A model generated the notes under the pieces. The model was not told the origin of the DNA. It did not search any database and worked only from the letters and a program-made list of their open reading frames with translations. A program made the translations under genes and the position numbers. Shown piece by piece: positions 34,768-43,693 of a stretch of DNA of 64,000 nt (positions within the stretch are counted from its first letter, which is position 1; each line of letters begins with the position of its first letter). Origin of the DNA: Candidatus Micrarchaeota archaeon. Its GTDB lineage: Archaea > Micrarchaeota > Micrarchaeia > Anstonellales > J096. The stretch is from positions 10,063 through 74,062 of the forward strand of contig JALWQW010000003.1 of NCBI GenBank assembly GCA_026982895.1, written 5' to 3'.

Positions 34768-37692
34768 TCACCTCCACCAGTTAGCTATTACTTTTGCTAT
34801 ATCCACACCTAGCTTTTTTATGTCCTTGTTTACTATCCTATTTCTTCCATACATTTCCTTATACTCTGAACTATCCTCGTGTTGCACTATTACGCTCACC
34901 ACGTTTATTAGCTCTTTTTCCGCCTGTTTAACCGCTTCTCTAACATCTCTAACTGCTTCACTCTCTTCATAAGATGTGCCCCCATGAAGGGGCTCCCCGT
35001 CGCTAACCACTATGAGCAGTTTGTTCTTGCTGTTCCTTTCTTTTAGTTTCTTGATTGCGTGTCTTATTGCTGCACCGTCTCTGTTCTCGTAAACACAACA
35101 AAACCCTACGTTTTCTGGAATGTCCAAGTAAGGTATCTTAGCTATGCCTGAATCGAAGTCCTTTATCTTAAGATAGTATGTTAGTTCTCTTCCGTGCACT
35201 GAAGCAAACCCTGCTATCTCATATTCTAATTCCCCTAAATCTCTTAGCGCCTTGGCAAGCACGTAAACCATATCTCTCTCCCCTTCAATAGCTCCATTAC
35301 GTGCTGTGGAACCGCTTAGGTCTATTAGGATTAGCACTGAGGCCTTGTTGGATTCATCTTTCCTCCTCTGCCAGAACTCGGGTTTTGCTAGTGCATTCTG
35401 CCTTACTTCATTTTTCCAGTTGAGATAGGCCTTTACGTTAAATCTGCCTCTGGTCTCATCTAAGCTTTCTCTAATCTTTCTCTCAACCAACTCCTCAAAG
35501 CTTTTGTGGATTTTTTGAATTATTCCATTGTAGCCTCTAGCGACGTAGCCCTCAGTTTTTGGGTATTCCACTTCCATAACAGGATGTCTGAACTGTGTTC
35601 CTTCGTAGTAATGGAGATCTCCTTTAGGGTCTCTATATTTTAGACCCTCTGTCACTTCACTATGGACATATTCATATTCTTCTCTCTCCTCTTTGCTGAG
35701 CTTGTCTAGCCCCCTCTTTTTCAGCTCTTTGCTCTTTTCAGCTTCCTTCTTTAGGCGTTCTAGCAGTTTCTCTTTATCCTCTTTGCTATCCACTAATATA
35801 GGCATTGAGATGGGATTGGTTAAGCCCCTTGGGACTTTATATCCTCCTTTCTTTTTGCTGTCCATCTCACTCTCTTTAGGATTGTCGCATTCTCTACCAC
35901 TTTCTCTTTCTTCTGAGGATGGCTCCTCATCCTCCTTTCCCAGCTCTTTCTTCCTCTCACCCAATTCGCCAAGCCTTTTCTCCATCTTCTTCTTTAACTC
36001 GTCTAAGCTTCCTCTGCCTTTACTCATCTTGTCCATTTCTTTCTTCAACTCTTCCAGAGCTTCCTGCTCTTTGCCAATCCTATCTAGCTCTTCCCTAATC
36101 TCGGAGAGCTTCTCTTCAACATCTTTAGCTCCTTCAGCATCACCCCTTCTTTTCATCTCCTCCAATTCTTTGCTCAGCTCCTCAGCTTCCTTCTCCAGCT
36201 CTTTCTTCCTCTCACCCAATTCGCCAAGCCTTTTCTCCATACTCTCTTTTGCCACTTCTTTTAACTTCTCAGCAGCTCTTTTCAGGTCGCTCTCATCGAA
36301 CTCTCCTTCCTCTGACTCACCGGCTTTACTTTCTACAATTTCTTTACCATACCATAGGAATATGAGCTCCATGATTTGCATAGAGATGTTTATAGAGTCT
36401 GCTATGTCACTTCCAATTTCCTTAACGGGTTCCACCATCTTAGCAGCGAGATTCAACTTTTCCCTCAATTTGGGGTGAAGCTCACCTTTAACTTTGCCGG
36501 TGTACAAATATTGTAATAGGCCCTCTAAGAAGTTTGATAGATTGTCCTCATATGTGAGTGCAGGTCTATCCTTTGCGTAAACTTCGATCATGGTTTTTAT
36601 GTACTTTCTGAAACCTGGGAAGCGCTCCATGGAAAGTGTGTCTATACGGATATCCTCTACGATGTTTAGTAAGTATTGGAAGAGCAACCTTTCTGGAAAT
36701 TCTTTTGCTACTTCATAAAATGTTTTGTATTCCTCTTTTCCTTCCACTCCGAATAGCCTCTTTATATCCTCACTAAATTTTTCATCCTCTTCGTCCCTTA
36801 TACCAATTCCTGAGATGATCTTTTTCTGGGATTTTAGGTTCTTTATGAGCTCCCAGTTTATCCTGTTTTTCTCTACTATTATGCTTCCATCTGGAGAAAT
36901 GTGCATGGCTTCATGGATCCCTTGCATTATATAAGTGTACTTATTTAGCACCTTGGTTGGGAACTTATCAATGGTTTTGGGTAGGTATATATAAGGGGGC
37001 AAGCTTTTTGGTCTGTCTCCACTCTTTATTATTGGCTCGTATAGCCCCCTTACTACAATCTTGGCCATTCTACTTACACGTTTTTCCATTTCCTCAAGAG
37101 AGACTTTTCTCCTTTCGTGGATTTTGGTGAAGTTTTCTAATACTCTCTCCCTGTTTTCTAGATCTTCTTTTAGCTTTTCTTCATCTTCCCTTACTTCTCT
37201 TATCCAAGGTGTCACATGGGCAAAGGGGTCTGCCGAGAGAATCTCTTTGGCTATTTTGTTAACCTCTAGGCTGTCGTTGAGGTCTGCCTCTCTAAACAAT
37301 TCATCTATCTCTCGAATGTACTCCTCTATACGTGGAACAGGCACACCTTTAGTTAGGAGCGTTCCCACCAAGCTTACATTCTCTACGAGCCCTGGCAGTG
37401 TTTTGAATTTCATCAATAGTCCTATAGCGTCGTCTAGCTCACCTTCTTTTAGTTCTCTATAGCTTCTTATGTTTTTTAGCATTAGTTGGATTATTAATCT
37501 CTGCTTTTTGTCATCCGTTTTTTCCTTAATATTATTCAGTCTCTCTTTAACTTTGCTTTCATTGTCTGCGAAGGCGCTGTATCCACTATAGTAGCTGCTT
37601 GTCCCGTACTCACTGTATGGATATGCAGTTCCCCAATAATCTTGTGTTTTCTTATCGGCTTTTTTTCTCTTCCACAACTTCTCTATACCCAT
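34768..37692 (-). CDS. Large coiled-coil protein with a C-terminal von Willebrand factor A (MIDAS) domain (CbbO/NorD-like partner of the AAA ATPase)
   Basis: C-terminal 'VLILIDLSGSTARNG' (DxSxS MIDAS) and 'LLIVVSDGEPL'. The central region is extremely K/E-rich coiled coil with an internal repeat. The stop is 2 nt from the AAA gene. Confidence 0.65.
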   Translation of the reverse strand: MGIEKLWKRKKADKKTQDYWGTAYPYSEYGTSSYYSGYSAFADNESKVKERLNNIKEKTDDKKQRLIIQLMLKNIRSYRELKEGELDDAIGLLMKFKTLPGLVENVSLVGTLLTKGVPVPRIEEYIREIDELFREADLNDSLEVNKIAKEILSADPFAHVTPWIREVREDEEKLKEDLENRERVLENFTKIHERRKVSLEEMEKRVSRMAKIVVRGLYEPIIKSGDRPKSLPPYIYLPKTIDKFPTKVLNKYTYIMQGIHEAMHISPDGSIIVEKNRINWELIKNLKSQKKIISGIGIRDEEDEKFSEDIKRLFGVEGKEEYKTFYEVAKEFPERLLFQYLLNIVEDIRIDTLSMERFPGFRKYIKTMIEVYAKDRPALTYEDNLSNFLEGLLQYLYTGKVKGELHPKLREKLNLAAKMVEPVKEIGSDIADSINISMQIMELIFLWYGKEIVESKAGESEEGEFDESDLKRAAEKLKEVAKESMEKRLGELGERKKELEKEAEELSKELEEMKRRGDAEGAKDVEEKLSEIREELDRIGKEQEALEELKKEMDKMSKGRGSLDELKKKMEKRLGELGERKKELGKEDEEPSSEERESGRECDNPKESEMDSKKKGGYKVPRGLTNPISMPILVDSKEDKEKLLERLKKEAEKSKELKKRGLDKLSKEEREEYEYVHSEVTEGLKYRDPKGDLHYYEGTQFRHPVMEVEYPKTEGYVARGYNGIIQKIHKSFEELVERKIRESLDETRGRFNVKAYLNWKNEVRQNALAKPEFWQRRKDESNKASVLILIDLSGSTARNGAIEGERDMVYVLAKALRDLGELEYEIAGFASVHGRELTYYLKIKDFDSGIAKIPYLDIPENVGFCCVYENRDGAAIRHAIKKLKERNSKNKLLIVVSDGEPLHGGTSYEESEAVRDVREAVKQAEKELINVVSVIVQHEDSSEYKEMYGRNRIVNKDIKKLGVDIAKVIANWWR
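35941..36240. repeat. Exact 45-bp direct repeat inside the vWA gene
   Basis: 'CAGCTCTTTCTTCCTCTCACCCAATTCGCCAAGCCTTTTCTCCAT' occurs at 35941-35985 and at 36196-36240, 255 bp apart. Both copies encode 'MEKRLGELGERKKEL'. Confidence 0.75.
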
Positions 37693-37693
37693 C

Positions 37694-38680
37694 TCAGTCC
37701 CCCTCCGGGACCTTTCCTCGTACTATGTCCATAAGTCCATCCAATTCCTCCTTTTCATCTACAATTGCGGATAATACTACCTCGAACGCATCTACCATGG
37801 CCATTCCTTGAGTTACAAGCTTCTTGACAAATACGCTGGCTCTTACACCGGGCAATTCCTTTACTTCATCGGAAGCACCTTCTCTTATTTCGTTCATTAT
37901 GTCCACGATGATGGCAGCCTCTTCTCTTGATATCTCTCCTCCATTGTCGTCGTTGAGGAGAATCTCCATCTCCACATCTTCGGGTGGATATCCTACTAGC
38001 TTTACTAAGAATCTTCCCTCAAAGGCAGGGCTCAATTTGTTCCTTGAATACTTACTTCCTGGATTGTATGAAGCTACTAATACAAAGTCATCGTGTGCAT
38101 CTATCTTTTCTTTTGTTTCAGGGATAACTATATACCTTCTATGATCTGTCAGGGGGTGCAGTAGTGCCAATACTTCGTTCTCTACGTTTACCACTTCATC
38201 AAAGTAGAATACAGCTCCACCTATCATAGCTGGAATGAGTGGCCCATCCTTCCATACGAGGAAGTCCCCATACGGTATGAGGCTTCCTATGACGTCAGAG
38301 TAGCCTACTTCTTTGTATCCTGCAATGGTTACGAGAGGTGTGTCGTACTTCTTTGCAACGGTCTCTAATGCTAAGGTTTTGCCCACACCCGTTGGTCCTT
38401 TTAGCAATAGTGGCAGCTTTGTTTCTTTTGCCAGGTCGAAGAGCTTTAGGATGCTGGCGTAGTCAATGTATCTTGGTATCCCGTCCACTTTAAACTTCTC
38501 TAACTCTGCTTGGATCTTCTCTTCAGTCCTTGCAGGTATTATTATTTTCTCCACACCTTTGCGCACCACTTTAAGAGAACCTTTTCTCTCTTCTTTCTCC
38601 ACTATCTGTGCCAAGGTCTCTCCGGCCTTTGGCTCTAAATTGGTTATTATTTTAGATACTTGTTCCACCATATAAATCAC
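37694..38680 (-). CDS. AAA+ ATPase of the MoxR/CbbQ/NorQ (AAA_5) type
   Basis: Walker A 'LLLKGPTGVGKT', Walker B 'VFYFDEV', and arginine-finger region 'SPAFEGRF'. Confidence 0.7.
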   Translation of the reverse strand: MIYMVEQVSKIITNLEPKAGETLAQIVEKEERKGSLKVVRKGVEKIIIPARTEEKIQAELEKFKVDGIPRYIDYASILKLFDLAKETKLPLLLKGPTGVGKTLALETVAKKYDTPLVTIAGYKEVGYSDVIGSLIPYGDFLVWKDGPLIPAMIGGAVFYFDEVVNVENEVLALLHPLTDHRRYIVIPETKEKIDAHDDFVLVASYNPGSKYSRNKLSPAFEGRFLVKLVGYPPEDVEMEILLNDDNGGEISREEAAIIVDIMNEIREGASDEVKELPGVRASVFVKKLVTQGMAMVDAFEVVLSAIVDEKEELDGLMDIVRGKVPEGD

Positions 38681-38702
38681 CTATTTCAACCCTTTTTCCT
38701 CC

Positions 38703-38716
38703 TATTTAAATTTTTT
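38703..38716 (-). promoter_or_regulatory. Putative TATA box for the AAA-vWA operon
   Basis: The reverse strand reads 'AAAATTTAAATAGGAGG', about 30 nt upstream of the ATG at 38680. Confidence 0.25.
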
Positions 38717-39031
38717 GTTTGTGGTTTTTGACACTTATCATCAATAATATCTTGTGGTTAGAAATGTTTTTAAATGCCTATCTTTCTGCACTTATTAACT
38801 CAAAATCTTGTTATGGGTGTAGAATCCCCCTCCCCAAAATACACCTTACTTTTTCTCTTAATGGTCTCAGGGGTATCTAAGGTAAAGAGATTTTTCTGAA
38901 GAGGAGTTTATCAGTGTGATAACCTTGGTGTTCTGGTGGGGAATTTAGCTGCTAACTTTCTCAATTAGCGGTTAGTTTTAGACTCACCTATTGGCGCCAA
39001 CATACACAATCACAACATTCTTTTTTTTCGT

Positions 39032-39820
39032 CTAAAAGAGCCTGCTAAATAAGCCTTTTCTCTCCACCAATTTTCCTTCTTCTTTTAATTCTTCCACTAT
39101 TGTGTCGACGATAACCTTAGCGAGCTTATTACATGCAATGTTGCATTCGCCCCCATACATTTCTAAGAACACTTCTCTGCCAATGCCTCTGAATCTATTG
39201 GGCTTTTTATCTATCGCTATGAGGAGGATTGCCATATCCATTGGTAATAATCTCTCTTTATCCCCCTCAAGAGCCTCTCTAATTTTTTCCGCTGCGCCCT
39301 TTCTAAACCTCTTTAATTCATCCTCTATACCTGCTTCTATGCCAATCTGGTTTATGGCATAAATCCTATCTAGAGCCCACTTTAAAGGCACTTTAACCTT
39401 GTGATTTCTCTTAACGACTATTTCGCGGGCAGGGTGCATTTCAAGGATTATCTCGTCTTCCCCTTTGTCAAAATCAACGCCGACCAGTTCCTTCATGAGG
39501 AAGTTGTAATCCACCACATTTCCTTCTTTAAAGCCATCATACTTTGCATCTTCCTCATCAAACTGTTGAAGAAGTCTCTCCAGCTCAGGCTCTATTTTGC
39601 CTTCTCGTCTTAGTCGTTCGAGCTCTTTGCCCTCCTCCTCACAGGCCTTTTTATATTTATCAAGCACCTTTTTGGCATTGTCGTCGAGTTCGCGCAACCT
39701 CTCTTTATCCTTTCTTCTCAAACCCAAAGCCATCCTTTGGAGTATGTTGAGCATGTTATCACCAACAAGTTGGCTCTTTCTTCCTTTTTTAAATCTCTCC
39801 TTGCCTTTTTTGACATTCAA
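39032..39820 (-). CDS. Charged helical hypothetical protein
   Basis: 262-aa ORF, K/E/R-rich, no recognisable motifs. Confidence 0.45.
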   Translation of the reverse strand: MNVKKGKERFKKGRKSQLVGDNMLNILQRMALGLRRKDKERLRELDDNAKKVLDKYKKACEEEGKELERLRREGKIEPELERLLQQFDEEDAKYDGFKEGNVVDYNFLMKELVGVDFDKGEDEIILEMHPAREIVVKRNHKVKVPLKWALDRIYAINQIGIEAGIEDELKRFRKGAAEKIREALEGDKERLLPMDMAILLIAIDKKPNRFRGIGREVFLEMYGGECNIACNKLAKVIVDTIVEELKEEGKLVERKGLFSRLF

Positions 39821-39921
39821 CCCAATTTGTTAAGCCACCACCTCTGTATTATGTAAGCATCCTCTTCTTACCGAGCCCTAGTCACACCAACATTTTTAAA
39901 CCCTCGTTTCCCAATGTCGGT

Positions 39922-40752
39922 ATGGAACCCAGGAAGGTGTATTTAATAGCTCTTGCTCTTGCGGTCTTTGCGGCTTTCTCTGCTCTTACTGCTGGTGGTA
40001 TGGTTGCTGTTATAGGCGTTGTATTCGCTGTTATAGGAGCATTGGGTGCAACTGTTTTTTACAAATATGGCTTTGTAGTCTTCCCCACAATAACGTCGAT
40101 GCTTAAGAAAACGGCCGTGACGAAGAGCGGTTTTGAGATACCCCCCTCTCAAGATGTTATCATGAAGAAAACCAAGGAGGGTACATACTTTGCTGCTATG
40201 TATCTAACATTTAAGTTGTATCAGTCAGCCGTCGAATCAGAAGAAACTCAGCTCCTCACCTATAATAAAATGTTTGAGAGGGCTATGGCGGGCTTCAATG
40301 GAACTGCAAGGATAAATATGGTGCTTAACGCTGTAGACATTACATCAAAGAAACAAGAACTTGAAACTAAGAAAGCAGAGGCTCAGCTTCACTTACAGAG
40401 AGAGCGTGAAAAGGCTGAGCCAGATCCTCTTCGCATAGAGCGCTTTGAAAGGGAAGTTATGTACTGGAATGCTCAAATAGATAAACTGAGCAAGGGTTTG
40501 AGGCCCATGCGTGTCGTCATATATGCGAGCGTTTATGATGCTGGTTTAACGAAGGAAGAGGCTCTTGCTCGTGTTAGGGAACAGGCTATTCAGCTAAGAA
40601 CATTATTGAGCAATGCTTTGAATTGTGAGGTCTATCTATTAACTGCTGATGAAATGTTAAGGGCGTTTCAGTGGGATCAGTTCATTCCCGTTACAATGGA
40701 AGAAATGGAGGCTCAGATAGAGAAGGAAAAGAGCGCCGCGTCAAATCTTTGA
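39922..40752 (+). CDS. N-terminally membrane-anchored coiled-coil protein (paralog A)
   Basis: Gly/Ala-rich TM hairpin 'VFAAFSALTAGGMVAVIGVVFAVIGALGATVFYKYG', then a domain with 'EPDPLRIERFEREVMYWNAQIDKL'. Paralogous to the next gene. Confidence 0.5.
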   Translation: MEPRKVYLIALALAVFAAFSALTAGGMVAVIGVVFAVIGALGATVFYKYGFVVFPTITSMLKKTAVTKSGFEIPPSQDVIMKKTKEGTYFAAMYLTFKLYQSAVESEETQLLTYNKMFERAMAGFNGTARINMVLNAVDITSKKQELETKKAEAQLHLQREREKAEPDPLRIERFEREVMYWNAQIDKLSKGLRPMRVVIYASVYDAGLTKEEALARVREQAIQLRTLLSNALNCEVYLLTADEMLRAFQWDQFIPVTMEEMEAQIEKEKSAASNL

Positions 40753-40760
40753 GGGATAAT

Positions 40761-41573
40761 ATGGACACAAAATCAGCATATCTTGTCTTCTTTGGTTTAG
40801 GAGGTCTTGGGGTAGGCATTGCCTTTGCTACTGGTGGTGGTTTAGGTGTTATACTAGGCACTCTCCTTGCTATGATTGGCGCTGCGGGCGCTGTTTTAGT
40901 CTATAAATATGGATATTACCTTATCCCATACTTCCTTTATCACGACGAAAATGTTCTTCTTATGTTGGATGACTATGAAATTACACCAAGCCAAGAATTC
41001 ATAATAAAGAAGACTGGTGATGGAGAATATTATGCTAGCGGTTATTTGGCAATAAATGTATTCAAATCCGCTGTCGAGATGAGTGATGAACAAATAGTTG
41101 CATACAATAAGATGTATGAGCGTTTAATGGCGTCGTTTAAGGATATTATAAAAGTAGGGTATCTCCTCCACCTCGTCGATACATCAGATAAAAAAGCCGA
41201 TTTGGAAAGTAAGATAGAGGAAACACAGAAGCTATTGAAGAAGGAAAAGAGCAAAGCCCAGCCAGACCCCATAAAAGTAGATAATTATGAGCGTAAGCTC
41301 ATGTTTTGGCGTCATCAAGTCGATAGGGTTGTCAAGGGTGAGAAGCCTTTGAAGGTTTTATTATTTGCTCAGATTACGCAGAGAGGTGGAACTCGGGATG
41401 AGGCGTTGGCTAAAGTAAAGAGCAAAGTGAATGAAATGAGAACGCTTATAGCCAATACATTAAATTGTGATGTTCAGCCCATAAAAGATAAGGAGCTTGT
41501 GAGCTTTGTCCAATGGGATAAATTAGTCCCACTCACGCCTGAGGACTTGGAGAGGAGGGCTGAAGCAGAATAA
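40761..41573 (+). CDS. N-terminally membrane-anchored coiled-coil protein (paralog B)
   Basis: Start taken as the ATG at 40761. TM hairpin 'GLGGLGVGIAFATGGGLGVILGTLLAMIGAAGAVLVYKYG'. It matches paralog A at 'QPDPIKVDNYERKLMFWRHQVDRV' and 'TLNCDV'. Confidence 0.5.
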   Translation: MDTKSAYLVFFGLGGLGVGIAFATGGGLGVILGTLLAMIGAAGAVLVYKYGYYLIPYFLYHDENVLLMLDDYEITPSQEFIIKKTGDGEYYASGYLAINVFKSAVEMSDEQIVAYNKMYERLMASFKDIIKVGYLLHLVDTSDKKADLESKIEETQKLLKKEKSKAQPDPIKVDNYERKLMFWRHQVDRVVKGEKPLKVLLFAQITQRGGTRDEALAKVKSKVNEMRTLIANTLNCDVQPIKDKELVSFVQWDKLVPLTPEDLERRAEAE

Positions 41574-41582
41574 GGTGATATT

Positions 41583-43154
41583 ATGCCAACAAAACTTAAT
41601 TCATATCCTATGAAAATTCAGGAAAGCAATAACATGGAGCTTGCTAGGAGAAATATACTTCATCATCCACCAGAACCTCCGCCGGAGTTTTTAATGGAAA
41701 GTGCGTCGGAAGGTATCTATATAGGTAGAACAGATGTTTTAAATACGCCTTTCTTCTGGACGCCGAAATATGTTACGAATCCACATATAGCCATCGTCGG
41801 TATATCTGGTAGTGGTAAGTCCTATTTTATTAAGACTCTCCTAATCAGGGCTAGTTTTGTTTGGGATGCTAATGCCGTTATCATAGACTGGGCTGGCGAA
41901 TATAAGGATTGGGTATTGGAGACAGGAGGTAAGGTTGTTTCTTTGGGTAAGGGCAATTACCTAAACCTTCTCGATTTGGGTGGCATGCGCCCCTATGATA
42001 GAATTAAGCAGGTTATGTCGACATTGGAAGTGCTTAGCGACATTGGCCAGTATCCCGAACAGAAGCGTTTAACTGAGCAGGCCATTGAAGAGGCTTATGT
42101 TAGGGCTAAATTTAAGCTGGATTCTCGCGACCAAAGGGACGAGCTTGGCAATCCACTTGAACCGCCGACGCTCAAAGATGTCGTTAAGATATTGGAAGAG
42201 CAGAGGCAGATGGGAACCTATGAATATCCATCCGAGCTCAACAATGCTATTTACCGTCTACAAAAAATGACTCGCGAGGGTGAGGATTATTTCGCCCAAA
42301 GGAGCACGATTAGTTTAGATGACATCATCCACTCAGGTCTTGTAGACATGGATTTAACAGGTTTACCCGACGAGGAGACAAGAGCTCTCGGCGCTTTGAC
42401 TCTCCTCCAATTCATCAAGGAAAAGATGCGTCTGGAAGGGGCACAGGATGTTAAGGGCGTTAAACTCATAACAGTGCTAGACGAGGCGTGGAAGATAGCA
42501 GGAGCTGAGAATAGCGATGTCGTTATGATTGTGAGAGAAGGTCGTAAGTATAATTTCTCATTAATTGTAGCGAGCCAGAACCCGACAGATATAAGCCAGA
42601 GTATATTCAGCAATGTTGGAACGACTTTCATGCTTAAGACGAAGTTTGAATCCTATCTTGACTATTTACAGGGCTCTCTTAGGTTTACCGATTATTTAAG
42701 GAGCAAGATTATGCAGTTCGGTGTTGGACAGACAGCTGTGAATATGGCCTTCTATGTTCCTCTTCAATTCTCTCAAACATTTGTGATTAAGCACATTGAA
42801 GGTGAAGAACCTGTTAAAGATTACTTCATTACCTTTAAAGGTGTGGAGGGGGTGCCAATGGCATTTTCTATATCTATCAAGAAGAACGATTTCCGCGCCC
42901 GTCTGAGGCGTTTTGGGCTTAGTGATGAGCATGTTGAAGCCATAACCTCTAAATTCGAGAAGAATTCCCGTCGTTTAAATGTCGTTGATTTGGCTTTGGG
43001 TTTAGAGAGGTATGGTGTGGAACGAAGAACAATCGTCGATTTTCTCAAGGAGATGGGCGTCGACGATGCCACAATCATCAATATCTTTACAAAGGTCGAT
43101 TTCAAGAAGAGTGGCTCCTCTGGAAAGCCCACGAGGCTGTTCTTGAAGAAGTGA
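41583..43154 (+). CDS. VirB4/HerA/FtsK-superfamily P-loop ATPase (AAA_10/DUF87-like)
   Basis: Walker A 'IAIVGISGSGKS', Walker B 'LITVLDEAWK', and 'EGRKYNFSLIVASQNPTD', which is typical of the VirB4/TraG/HerA clade. Confidence 0.65.
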   Translation: MPTKLNSYPMKIQESNNMELARRNILHHPPEPPPEFLMESASEGIYIGRTDVLNTPFFWTPKYVTNPHIAIVGISGSGKSYFIKTLLIRASFVWDANAVIIDWAGEYKDWVLETGGKVVSLGKGNYLNLLDLGGMRPYDRIKQVMSTLEVLSDIGQYPEQKRLTEQAIEEAYVRAKFKLDSRDQRDELGNPLEPPTLKDVVKILEEQRQMGTYEYPSELNNAIYRLQKMTREGEDYFAQRSTISLDDIIHSGLVDMDLTGLPDEETRALGALTLLQFIKEKMRLEGAQDVKGVKLITVLDEAWKIAGAENSDVVMIVREGRKYNFSLIVASQNPTDISQSIFSNVGTTFMLKTKFESYLDYLQGSLRFTDYLRSKIMQFGVGQTAVNMAFYVPLQFSQTFVIKHIEGEEPVKDYFITFKGVEGVPMAFSISIKKNDFRARLRRFGLSDEHVEAITSKFEKNSRRLNVVDLALGLERYGVERRTIVDFLKEMGVDDATIINIFTKVDFKKSGSSGKPTRLFLKK

Positions 43155-43158
43155 TACT

Positions 43159-43689
43159 ATGCCAAAGGCCATTTGTGTAGCCACGGGCAAGGAAGTGAAG
43201 GAAGGCTACAAAGTTATAGACGACCCTGTTATAAAGTTTATTCGAGCGGTTAAGATGCGTATGGGTAGCTACAAGGGCAATTTACTTTATGTTTCTGAAG
43301 AGGCCAAGGAGGAATATGTCAAGAAGCGTAAAGGCTTCGAGAGGTATCTGCTCATAGCCACAGGCATTGCTATAGTTATCCTTGTTTTGGCGGTTTTTCT
43401 GCCTTTGGTTACAAGTGATTTCAATAGAGCTTTAAGCAATCTATTACCTTCTCTATTCTTTTCTCTCATATTCTATTTCTTAGCCTTTGCTCAATATGTG
43501 CCGCGCTTCGAGGATAAACTTACAAAGGTGCCTGCTAAATATATTTCTAAAGACGATACTCCCAACACGGAAAAAAATAATAATGCGAAATCCTCTAAAA
43601 AATCCTCTACACGCGCAAAAACTAATACAAAGCCAAGGGCTAAATCTAAAGCTTCTAAAGCAAAACCGCGTAGAGGAAAGCGGAGGTGA
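43159..43689 (+). CDS. Small two-TM membrane protein with a polybasic C-terminal tail
   Basis: TM segments 'LLIATGIAIVILVLAVFLPLV' and 'LLPSLFFSLIFYFLAFAQYV'. Tail 'KSSKKSSTRAKTNTKPRAKSKASKAKPRRGKRR'. Confidence 0.5.
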   Translation: MPKAICVATGKEVKEGYKVIDDPVIKFIRAVKMRMGSYKGNLLYVSEEAKEEYVKKRKGFERYLLIATGIAIVILVLAVFLPLVTSDFNRALSNLLPSLFFSLIFYFLAFAQYVPRFEDKLTKVPAKYISKDDTPNTEKNNNAKSSKKSSTRAKTNTKPRAKSKASKAKPRRGKRR

Positions 43690-43693
43690 TTGA

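Noticed and set aside
35693-36478. 261-aa plus-strand ORF rich in Ser/Leu/Phe inside the vWA gene
   Set aside because: It is the antisense reading of the K/E coiled-coil codons (GAA, AAG and GAG become TTC, CTT and CTC). It is an artefact of low-complexity sequence.
38681-39031. C/D-box sRNA candidate ('GTGTGATAACC...CTGA') in the long intergenic region
   Set aside because: There is no exact C box (RUGAUGA) or properly spaced D/D' boxes. This is kept only as a generic 'possible ncRNA' finding.
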